Source of the DNA: Flavobacteriaceae bacterium
GTDB lineage: Bacteria; Bacteroidota; Bacteroidia; Flavobacteriales; Flavobacteriaceae
Direction: 5' to 3'
Assembly: GCA_965224465.1 (NCBI GenBank)
Contig: OZ245049.1
Location: 1,440,001 to 1,472,000 of the forward strand
DNA: 32,000 nt
Shown: piece by piece, positions 24,325-32,000 of the stretch
Layout of the letters: the number at the start of each line of letters is the position of its first letter
How positions within the stretch are numbered: position 1 is the stretch's first letter
The notes under the pieces: model-generated
Databases searched by the model: none
Told to the model about the DNA's origin: nothing
Seen by the model: only the letters and a program-made list of their open reading frames with translations
Translations under genes and position numbers: made by a program

Positions 24325-26589
24325 TTAAAAACCATATTTAAGAAATGCGGTAAAATTCCTTCCTGTTTCAAGTATTTTTCCATTATTCATATTGGAATTG
24401 CTATAAGAATAATTCAAATGTTCATAATATGTTTTATCAAATACATTTAACACTGCAACACCTATGGTGGTATTTTTAAAAGGATTGATTCCTGCTCTAA
24501 GAGCTAAGGTTCCAAAACCAGGCGTGGTTTTTTCATTAAAGGTCAAGGCAATACGATCCTGAGCTCCAACTAGTCTAGCTGTAGCACTACACCAAAAGTT
24601 TCCCGTATCATATTTAGTCATAAGATGCGCCGTAAAAGGAGGGATTTGAGCTAGCGGTTCATCTATATCTAAATTGGCCGCATGGGTATAAGAAACATCT
24701 CCTGTAAACATCCAATTATCTGTAGGCTTATACCTAATATTAAACTCTACCCCTGTTTGCATCGCTTCCTCTAAATTCACAAACTGGCGTGCTACTAAAG
24801 GTGGATTTTTTGGCATAAACTTTCTGTGAATAGCAGGATTTATTTTTGTGTAAATATAATTTTGTAAATACGAATAAAAAACACTTGCTCCCAATTGAAC
24901 TGTTGAGAATTGCTTGGACACAGAAAACTCAACTTGGTTATTTACTTCTGGTTTTAAGTTGGGATTTCCTACGTACTCGTAAGGATCAAATCCAACACTA
25001 AAATGATTTATATAACGCTCTATCATAGAAGCTGTACGCACTCCTCTACCTAAAGACAATTGCCATTGAAATGCATTCTCTCTATATTTAACAGCTATAT
25101 TCCCACTCAAATTCGCTTCATTATCATCTTGAATATCACCTCCATAAAGCGCCTTAAAATCTGCAGCTTGATCTTGAATACGCGTTGTGATAAAATCAAT
25201 TCTTGCTCCAACTTGCAAACTGTAAAGAGCAGACAATTCAATTTTTGATTCTGCGAAAACACCGTAATTACCCAAGGTAGCATCTTGCCATATTTTATCT
25301 ACTTTTGTCATCGGCATTTTTAACATTTTACCCTTCATCATTTTTATAATTCGCGTACGATTCCCTTCTCTTTTAATTATGTTTGCATCCACTCCAGTGT
25401 ACAATTTAACGGAATTACTAATGGTTAAATCAGCTTCTATTTTCCCTCCATAAGTCCATGCTTCTACAGGAGACTGGGCATCTACCATTTTAAAGTTTTT
25501 CCTACCAGTATTTGTCATTAAATGATCTACATAAGAGTAAAACCCCTTAACTACAACACCTGCTACTGTATTTGAAACATTGGTGATTTTATAATTTATA
25601 TTTGCTAAAAAACTATCATCATACGGAGAATCCATCATAAGTCCTGCATGCTTGATGTCACGTCCTAAAGACTGACGCCACGCCATTTCAAAACGTTGAT
25701 TGTCGTCTGGATTATACCCCACTTTTATGGAATAATCTGTAGTATTAAAAGAAGCAGGTACTTTGACACCATCGCCATCTTTATAATCTCCAAAACTTCT
25801 GTACGAACCATTTAATTGTACATCAAACTTTTTTACTGCATACGACAAATTCATACGAGAAACATAACTACCTCCGTTTATTTCGTAGCCCCCTTGAACA
25901 TTTCCGTGTACCCCATAATTCTCTTCCGTAATATTTTTAGAAACAAGATTTATAATCCCACCAAAATTTGAACCATATCGAACTGTAAAAGGCCCTTTTA
26001 TAATTTCTATTTTCTCAATCTCTTCAGGTATTACATGCGTTGTAATAGGATCCATACGATTTGGACAAGCGTTCATTATTTTAGAACCTCCATCGTATTG
26101 AATGTTTAATTGTTCATAACGAAAAGATCTAAATACAGGTTCCGAAGCATACGCACCTCTTTTAGAAATAGCAAATCCTTTAATCCCTTTAAATAAATCC
26201 CCAACACTACGAGGCTGACTTACTCTTTTATCATAATCATTAATAATAACAGCTTGAGATACATTGTCTGTTAGGTTTCCTGACACAATAATTTCGTTTA
26301 ACGAAATTTGTTTTGGAATCATCTCTATAATCATCCCGTCCTTTAGCAGCACATTATTTGTATGGTAACCCAAAAATTGAATGCTCGCTTTTTGCTCTCC
26401 AATAATTTCAATTTGAAAAACTCCCTTCGAATTTGAAGATGCATATTTCTTAGAACTCATTATTTGAATGGTAGCATTCTCTAAAGGCATTCTTGTTTTT
26501 CCATCAAGAATAGTTCCCTTAATCACCTCTTGACCAAAAGAGCTAATTGCTATTAAATAAATAAAGGTAATTGTTATAATTTTTTTCAT
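24325..26589 (-). CDS. TonB-dependent outer-membrane receptor with N-terminal carboxypeptidase-regulatory-like domain
   Basis: Signal peptide MKKIITITFIYLIAISSFGQE from the Met at 26589 (the track ORF starts 18 codons earlier at 26643). Plug and barrel motifs, C-terminal ...FLKYGF. Confidence 0.9.
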   Translation of the reverse strand: MKKIITITFIYLIAISSFGQEVIKGTILDGKTRMPLENATIQIMSSKKYASSNSKGVFQIEIIGEQKASIQFLGYHTNNVLLKDGMIIEMIPKQISLNEIIVSGNLTDNVSQAVIINDYDKRVSQPRSVGDLFKGIKGFAISKRGAYASEPVFRSFRYEQLNIQYDGGSKIMNACPNRMDPITTHVIPEEIEKIEIIKGPFTVRYGSNFGGIINLVSKNITEENYGVHGNVQGGYEINGGSYVSRMNLSYAVKKFDVQLNGSYRSFGDYKDGDGVKVPASFNTTDYSIKVGYNPDDNQRFEMAWRQSLGRDIKHAGLMMDSPYDDSFLANINYKITNVSNTVAGVVVKGFYSYVDHLMTNTGRKNFKMVDAQSPVEAWTYGGKIEADLTISNSVKLYTGVDANIIKREGNRTRIIKMMKGKMLKMPMTKVDKIWQDATLGNYGVFAESKIELSALYSLQVGARIDFITTRIQDQAADFKALYGGDIQDDNEANLSGNIAVKYRENAFQWQLSLGRGVRTASMIERYINHFSVGFDPYEYVGNPNLKPEVNNQVEFSVSKQFSTVQLGASVFYSYLQNYIYTKINPAIHRKFMPKNPPLVARQFVNLEEAMQTGVEFNIRYKPTDNWMFTGDVSYTHAANLDIDEPLAQIPPFTAHLMTKYDTGNFWCSATARLVGAQDRIALTFNEKTTPGFGTLALRAGINPFKNTTIGVAVLNVFDKTYYEHLNYSYSNSNMNNGKILETGRNFTAFLKYGF

Positions 26590-27103
26590 AAATACATTCC
26601 TATATACTGTATCAAACTTAAAATACAGTGATTTCTTCTCCAAGACAACTCGCTGTCTCAGAATTCAATTAATTAATCTATAATCCACATGATTACTTAA
26701 ATAGTTTCTCCTTAAACGATGCGTTAATCACCATACACGAATACTCAATATTCTTGGATACCTATTCTTAAAATTCATCTGATATTATTAGAAGGCACAC
26801 CTATGTACACTTCTAAAACCTTTATTACGATATGATTTCAGCAACTCCATTTAACTACCAAACACACTTCAAAATAACAGCTATCAATAGTTATTTAGAA
26901 ACTACGTTGGCATAAAAACAGCTATCCTCTTAAGTACACGAAAGCAATACAGATGAAATTAAATTTTAAGTTTTACTTAAAAAAGAATGCATCCAAAGTG
27001 CTATCAGTATTTTCTATAGAAAATTATGATGCACTATTCAACAACAGAAAGCACAGCCATAATCTTACAGAAAACAACAAATTTATAACGTAAAAAGTAA
27101 GAA

Positions 27104-27481
27104 TTAACAATAAATGGGAGGTCGTATTTTAGAACATTCATATGCTTCTAAAAGCACATATCTTGTACCGTACAATGTAAATGCAACAGTACGGTTTCTA
27201 TCAAAGGAGAGCCTATAATCCACAATAGGACTTACAGGATAATCATCTATATTTATAACGGGAACGTTGTAATTATCTTGACTTTGTTTACTTGCTTCAC
27301 TCAGCCTATCAATCAAATAACACTTACCATTACATTCAAGATAAGGTCTGTCTACATTTTTACAAAGAATGGTTGTAATATAATCGTAATTCAGCTGGTA
27401 TTCAATCATAGGCAGCAATGGTTTTACCATTGCTACAAGGTATAATAGATAAAAAAAAATACTTAAAATTTGATTTTTCAC
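27104..27481 (-). CDS. Small Cys-containing membrane-anchored hypothetical protein
   Basis: 125 aa with an N-terminal TM segment and five Cys (including CNGKC and a C-terminal Cys). 56 nt downstream of menA on the same strand. Confidence 0.5.
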   Translation of the reverse strand: MKNQILSIFFYLLYLVAMVKPLLPMIEYQLNYDYITTILCKNVDRPYLECNGKCYLIDRLSEASKQSQDNYNVPVINIDDYPVSPIVDYRLSFDRNRTVAFTLYGTRYVLLEAYECSKIRPPIYC

Positions 27482-27537
27482 TACGCTTTAATTACAGGAC
27501 AAATTTATCTCTTATTTAAAGAGTAAACAAATAAAAT

Positions 27538-28437
27538 TCAGAGTATTTGTCCGAGCCCAAATAGTATAGAAAACAAAAAGGTACTCAGTGCCAATATTTT
27601 TAGTTCTGGATCTAGCAGCTTACTATCAGAAGTGTTTACAACTCTTCTAGCATGAAGCCCTATAGGAATAAAAGCGATTAAAAACAACCATTGCATAGGG
27701 TTTTGGTAGTTAAGTGTAACATATAGCACAGAAAAACTAAACGAAATAAAGAGCAATACATAGTGGTACATTCGTGCTTTTATAAGCCCCATTTTAACGA
27801 CTAAGGTATTTTTATTTGACTTTTTATCCGAATCAAAATCTCGCATATTATTTAAGTTTAACACCGCAGCACTTAAACAACCGATAACACTTGCAGGCAA
27901 TAGCAATTGCCAGTCTAGTACTTGTACATATAAAAAATAAGAACCTAGCACACTAAGCAAACCAAAAAACAAGAAAACAAATACATCTCCCATGCCGCTA
28001 TATCCATATGCATTTGTTCCCATTGTGTATTTAATAGCTGCCACAATACTAGCAATACCAAGGACAAAAAACAACAACGACAACAAAAAATTATCTTTCC
28101 CAAAAGAAGCATATATCAATCCTATGGCAACCAATAACGTAATTCCTGCAGTTATTACAATCGCACGAAGCATTTGTTTTGGAGAAATAGCGCCACTTTG
28201 CAATGCTCTTGTGGGGCCAACTCTATCTTTATTATCCGTACCTTTTACTCCATCACCATAATCGTTGGCGAAATTTGAAAGAATCTGAAACCCTGTCGTG
28301 GTTAATAATGCCAACAGGCAAATAGCTCCATTAAAACACCCTTGACCTGCGGCTAAAAAAGATCCTACTACAATCCCCGATAAAGATAACGGAAGGGTTC
28401 TAAGCCTAGCCGCTTGTATATAATTTTTTACATCCAT
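27538..28437 (-). CDS. menA: 1,4-dihydroxy-2-naphthoate polyprenyltransferase
   Basis: 299 aa of the UbiA family (ARLRTLPLS, NDYGDGVKGTD, NNMRDFDSD). Confidence 0.9.
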   Translation of the reverse strand: MDVKNYIQAARLRTLPLSLSGIVVGSFLAAGQGCFNGAICLLALLTTTGFQILSNFANDYGDGVKGTDNKDRVGPTRALQSGAISPKQMLRAIVITAGITLLVAIGLIYASFGKDNFLLSLLFFVLGIASIVAAIKYTMGTNAYGYSGMGDVFVFLFFGLLSVLGSYFLYVQVLDWQLLLPASVIGCLSAAVLNLNNMRDFDSDKKSNKNTLVVKMGLIKARMYHYVLLFISFSFSVLYVTLNYQNPMQWLFLIAFIPIGLHARRVVNTSDSKLLDPELKILALSTFLFSILFGLGQIL

Positions 28438-29927
28438 GCTTCTGTTACTGTTTGTGATTTATACAAGAGATAGTCATAAAGCTGATATGCTTCCTTTTGA
28501 GGGACACAGGGAATTCTAATTTTTCCTGAAGCGGTTTGAATAGACATATCAAAAACCTGATGTCGTTTTTGAAAAATCGACTGTTTAAGCGTTACGTATT
28601 GTATTTTAAAGCATTCCACATATTCATAGCTTGTACCAATCTGTCCTTTTCCTATCCATAACATTTCTTTGTTGAGCTTATAAAAACGTTTGTTATATTT
28701 TTGATGTACCATCCAAATAATAAATGGAATCAAAACGACATTGCAAAGGTACCACTCCCAACCTTGATTTATGTCTGAAATAGTATAACACATATTGCAA
28801 AATAACAAAAGTAAAAACCCTTGAAAAATCATTTTACGTCGGTAATAAAAATGTGGTTTATACTCCTTGTGATTTGAAAAATCGGTATTGCTAAACACAA
28901 GTTCCTTTAACGTATTTATCTGTTCAATTTTTAACCCAACAATAGACAGCGTAGTTCCTTTTTTTTGTTTCCCACTGACCGCCTGCTTAAAAGAAACATT
29001 GTAAATACCTAGTATTTTTTTTAATGGATTTGTAGAAATAATTAACTGTTGTACTTTTTGTTTTCGAATAATATTATTGCGTTTTGTAAACAAGCCTTGT
29101 TTAATTTCCAACACTCCTTTTCGTATAGAGATGGTCAAATCAAAATGAAAAATAAACACCCTAAAAAAGGACGCAAGTATCGCAATAAAAAAACTTGCGA
29201 TGACCAATATAAAGATCACTACATTATCTAACGCTACCTCTGGAGTACTCTCTTTAATCAAAACATCAAACTGCGCATCTATTTCTATTGTTTCAACAAA
29301 ATCTTTCACTTGCACATAGAATGAAAAACCAAGCCCCGTAAGAACTAACAAGCTTTTAAAATGATTTTCTGACAAGCTCACTTTTAATAATTCAAGAACA
29401 GAAATTTTTTGAATAACACCGTAATCTTCCTCCTTTATTTTATCGTTTACGGTTGTTGTTTTAGACAGTAACAACTGTTTAAGGGCGTGTGCTCTATGCT
29501 GAGACAGAGCGCTAATCGAAATTTCTACAGATTTATCACCTGCAGTTTCTATTTGCACTTCCACTACATTGATAACTTGCTGAATCAGATTTTGTTTAAA
29601 ATTGATATTTTGAATCTTTTCAAAAGGGATGGAAACATGTGATTTACTAACAATACCTTCCTGCAAAACAAAATCAGTATCGGTCACTTTAAACTTGAAA
29701 TTTAAAAACTGTAAAATAGCTCTTACCAAAACATATACAAGCACCGTTGCTAAAACTATAAAAAGATACAATCTCATAGAATCTATTGATTTTTTTGAGA
29801 GTACTAAAAAAATCAAAATCCAAGAAGCTTTTATAATTTTATAAAGTATTTTAAAATAATACACTGCAACTCCACGTGTGGATTGACGAGAAAAAGAAGA
29901 GAAATCGAATTTAGTTCCCATTGACAT
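28428..29927 (-). CDS. YdbT-like membrane protein with repeated bacterial PH (bPH_2) domains
   Basis: 499 aa, alternating TM hairpins with three PH-like modules. Size and layout match B. subtilis YdbT. Overlaps menA by 10 nt. Confidence 0.7.
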   Translation of the reverse strand: MSMGTKFDFSSFSRQSTRGVAVYYFKILYKIIKASWILIFLVLSKKSIDSMRLYLFIVLATVLVYVLVRAILQFLNFKFKVTDTDFVLQEGIVSKSHVSIPFEKIQNINFKQNLIQQVINVVEVQIETAGDKSVEISISALSQHRAHALKQLLLSKTTTVNDKIKEEDYGVIQKISVLELLKVSLSENHFKSLLVLTGLGFSFYVQVKDFVETIEIDAQFDVLIKESTPEVALDNVVIFILVIASFFIAILASFFRVFIFHFDLTISIRKGVLEIKQGLFTKRNNIIRKQKVQQLIISTNPLKKILGIYNVSFKQAVSGKQKKGTTLSIVGLKIEQINTLKELVFSNTDFSNHKEYKPHFYYRRKMIFQGFLLLLFCNMCYTISDINQGWEWYLCNVVLIPFIIWMVHQKYNKRFYKLNKEMLWIGKGQIGTSYEYVECFKIQYVTLKQSIFQKRHQVFDMSIQTASGKIRIPCVPQKEAYQLYDYLLYKSQTVTEAWM

Positions 29928-30420
29928 GATCGGTTATAAATTCTTTAATTTTCAAAGCTTCTTCTTTTTTAAGTCCTTTAATCGTTAAATCACTCGAACT
30001 ATCCCCTGCTGTATAGATACTTATAGTAGCCAATTTCAAAAAACGAGAAATAGGCCCTTCGTTTAAGGCTACATGCTGAATTCTAGAGAATGGCACCGTG
30101 GTAACACGCGACCAAATCACTCCATTTTTATAGCTGATATCTTTTTCTCTAACAGCATATTTCATTTTAGAGACCCCTAAAACAAGACCAACTAAAACGA
30201 ATAGAAAAAACAAAAAGGCACCGATTATAAGTCCCCATTTATAATGTACAAAAAAAGAATCTTTGGCAGTGAATAAAACATAGGTAAGTCCTCCGATAAA
30301 CACCGTAAAAAACACAAAAAAATTCAACAAAACAACGATGATGTAATTTTGTTGAATTTTTTTAAAATTTATTTTTTTAATAGTTGGTAAATCACCTTCT
30401 ATCTGGAAATTTTGAAACAT
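29911..30420 (-). CDS. YdbS-like membrane protein with a single bacterial PH domain
   Basis: Two TM segments followed by a PH-like domain (VPFSRIQHVALNEGPISRFLKLATISIYTAG). Start preferred at Met 30420 (MFQNFQ). The track ORF extends to 30462. Confidence 0.7.
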   Translation of the reverse strand: MFQNFQIEGDLPTIKKINFKKIQQNYIIVVLLNFFVFFTVFIGGLTYVLFTAKDSFFVHYKWGLIIGAFLFFLFVLVGLVLGVSKMKYAVREKDISYKNGVIWSRVTTVPFSRIQHVALNEGPISRFLKLATISIYTAGDSSSDLTIKGLKKEEALKIKEFITDHVNGN

Positions 30421-30439
30421 AGTAACATTCTCTAATTTA

Positions 30440-31219
30440 TTACAAATCTGCTGCATTGGCAATCAATTCAGCGATATCGTACACTTCAATATCAGCTTCT
30501 TTATCTGTAGCTTTCACACCATCTGTCATCATAGTATTACAGAAAGGACAGCCTGTAGCAATAATATCTGGTTTCACTTTAATGGCATCCTCGGTACGTT
30601 CCACATTAATATCTTTGTTTCCTTTTTCTGGCTCCTTAAACATCTGTGCGCCTCCTGCACCACAGCACAAGCCATTAGATTTACAGCGTTTCATCTCAAT
30701 CAATTCTACTTCTAATTTTCGAATTAATTCTCTTGGAGCTTCATAAATACTATTGGCACGTCCTAAATAACAAGGATCGTGAAATGTAATTCTCTTCCCT
30801 TTATACTTCCCGCCTTCAATAGTCATTCTACCATCATCCAACAGTGATTTCAAAAATTCGGTATGATGTACCACTTCGTATTTCCCACCCAACGGTCCGT
30901 ATTCGTTTTTAATCGTATTAAAACAATGTGGACACGCCGTTACTATTTTTTTAACTTCATAGGCATTCAATACTTCAATATTTGCCATGGCTTGCATTTG
31001 AAATAGGAATTCGTTTCCAGCGCGTTTTGCAGGATCACCTGTACAGCTTTCTTCCGTTCCTAAAACGGCAAATTCAACATTAGCTTTGTTTAAAATTTTC
31101 ACAAAAGCTTTGGTTATTTTTTTTGCTCTATCATCAAAACTACCAGCACAGCCTACCCAAAACAAAACTTCAGGTTGCTTTCCTTGTGCCATCATTTCTG
31201 CCATGGTTGGTACATTCAT
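30440..31219 (-). CDS. (Fe-S)-binding protein with two CCG (cysteine-rich) domains, HdrD/GlpC C-terminal-like
   Basis: 259 aa with CxxC and CCG motifs (ACPHCFNT, PCYLGR, LCCGAGG, GCPFCNTM). Confidence 0.85.
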   Translation of the reverse strand: MNVPTMAEMMAQGKQPEVLFWVGCAGSFDDRAKKITKAFVKILNKANVEFAVLGTEESCTGDPAKRAGNEFLFQMQAMANIEVLNAYEVKKIVTACPHCFNTIKNEYGPLGGKYEVVHHTEFLKSLLDDGRMTIEGGKYKGKRITFHDPCYLGRANSIYEAPRELIRKLEVELIEMKRCKSNGLCCGAGGAQMFKEPEKGNKDINVERTEDAIKVKPDIIATGCPFCNTMMTDGVKATDKEADIEVYDIAELIANAADL

Positions 31220-31235
31220 AGTATTTTATTTTATG

Positions 31236-31724
31236 TTAATTGTGTTTTCCATCGTCAAAGACTTCGATGGTCACTTCTTTTTTAATCAAATCTGTAAATT
31301 CGCCTCTGTAACGCGTTGCTTTTACTAAGTGATTGTCTACCCAATGATAATTTCCTCCTCTTGGTTTTCCCATAACCATTCCATGGTATTTAAAGCCGTG
31401 CTTTTTTAACCAAGTTTCGGTTACTTCTCTATGTTCTTCTTTTCTAGAAGTAAAGAAATAAATAATATGACCTTCGTCGTACCATCTGTTAAGGGTTGCA
31501 ATTGCATCTGGATAAGCGGCGGCAGTAACCATACGTTCTGGCTCCTCGTTTGGAATATCGTCTCCTACGGTTCCATCAATATCAATTAAATAATTTTTGA
31601 TGTTTTCTGGCAATATCGGGCTGATATGCTCACCTGCTTCAACTTTATCATGTAAAAGTTTGTCTACATCTTCTTTATTCATACTGTTTAAGTAATGTTT
31701 GTTAGTAATCCTCTCTGCCATCAC
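31236..31724 (-). CDS. HAD-superfamily-like small hydrolase
   Basis: 162 aa with the DxDGT motif (LIDIDGTVGDD), later FFTSR and GKPRGG. Confidence 0.55.
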   Translation of the reverse strand: MMAERITNKHYLNSMNKEDVDKLLHDKVEAGEHISPILPENIKNYLIDIDGTVGDDIPNEEPERMVTAAAYPDAIATLNRWYDEGHIIYFFTSRKEEHREVTETWLKKHGFKYHGMVMGKPRGGNYHWVDNHLVKATRYRGEFTDLIKKEVTIEVFDDGKHN

Positions 31725-31825
31725 AGCGCTTCCTATTTATATAGGAATTAGAGAAGTGTTAAATATATAATTGGACGTTTGCCTTGGCATCTACGTCTTC
31801 TCTCAATTCTAGCGTATTCTTTTAT

Positions 31826-32000
31826 TTACGTTTCGTCTTTCCAATTTAAACGATCCATCTGGCTATACTGCCAGGGTGCTCCATTGTTTTCTATATTGGA
31901 CATCATTCCATTTAATTCTACAGGAGCTGCAGATTCTTCCATCACCAAATAGCGTCTCATATCAACAATAATAGACAGTGGGTCAATATTTATAGGACAT
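31826..32000 (-). CDS. (Fe-S)-binding protein, C-terminal 58 codons; gene continues beyond the right edge
   Basis: Minus-strand translation gives CPINIDPLSIIVDMRRYLVMEESAAPVELNGMMSNIENNGAPWQYSQMDRLNWKDET-stop (stop at 31826-31828). This is typical of the 4Fe-4S subunit that precedes CCG-domain proteins in Bacteroidota. Confidence 0.7.
   Translation of the reverse strand, partial: CPINIDPLSIIVDMRRYLVMEESAAPVELNGMMSNIENNGAPWQYSQMDRLNWKDET

Noticed and set aside
26644-27103. Riboswitch (for example cobalamin) or other leader element upstream of the TonB-dependent receptor
   Set aside because: I could find no B12-box-like sequence, no extended conserved helices and no clear -7 promoter box in the 460-bp spacer. 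Nothing here can be supported from sequence alone.
1679-31328. Numerous 60-100 aa track ORFs lying antisense to or out of frame within the large genes. Examples are 1679..1879, 2008..2313, 2225..2419, 2360..2557, 3011..3217, 4744..4965, 6149..6418, 12061..12297, 13313..13537, 14361..14546, 21208..21495, 25060..25248, 27992..28261, 29049..29231, 29629..29844, 30456..30746 and 31086..31328
   Set aside because: Each is fully embedded in a longer ORF with clear family signatures. Their translations are low-complexity or compositionally odd and have no recognisable motifs. They are typical shadow ORFs.
1-32000. tRNA, rRNA, tmRNA, transposase, integrase or phage genes
   Set aside because: I found no T-arm-like GGTTCGAAT/GGTTCAAAT motifs or cloverleaf candidates, no rRNA-like conserved blocks, and no ORF with DDE, tyrosine- or serine-recombinase, or phage structural signatures.

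Overview
AT-rich (about one third GC by eye) chromosomal window that looks like a Flavobacteriia/Bacteroidota genome. All calls rest on reading the ORF translations and the DNA, with homology recalled from memory and no searches run. The content is mostly core metabolism. It holds the 5' end of ettA and the glyoxylate shunt operon aceB-aceA with a divergent RamB/PrpR-type regulator. Glycerol catabolism follows (glpD, then glpK-glpF plus a co-transcribed beta-barrel protein), then a MarR / AhpD-like / FMN-reductase redox cluster. Next are an acyl-CoA carboxylase beta subunit, yebC, and a small very AT-rich islet (RelE/HigB-like ORF, GNAT acetyltransferase, secreted hypothetical), then cspA. Menaquinone genes are split over two operons: menC-CPBP protease-menE, and Fe-S/HAD/Fe-S/YdbS/YdbT/menA. 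A fatty-acid hydroxylase-family protein, an MBL-fold hydrolase and a TonB-dependent receptor complete the set. Most genes lie on the minus strand. I saw no rRNA, tRNA, CRISPR array, transposase or integrase. The most interesting signal is non-coding. A 65-160 bp MITE-like repeat family with inverted termini, a central hairpin and a near-invariant core (GATATAAATAGTTT) occupies at least 9-10 intergenic loci. Two full-length copies sit inside the 3' UTRs of outer-membrane protein genes. One copy, together with an in-frame TAG, has inactivated a DoxX-like gene that the ORF track shows only as an 81-aa fragment. Secondary observations are a perfect 14-bp palindrome overlapping the aceBA promoter, a duplicated terminator module, an orphan toxin-like ORF, and unusually long G-poor spacers.
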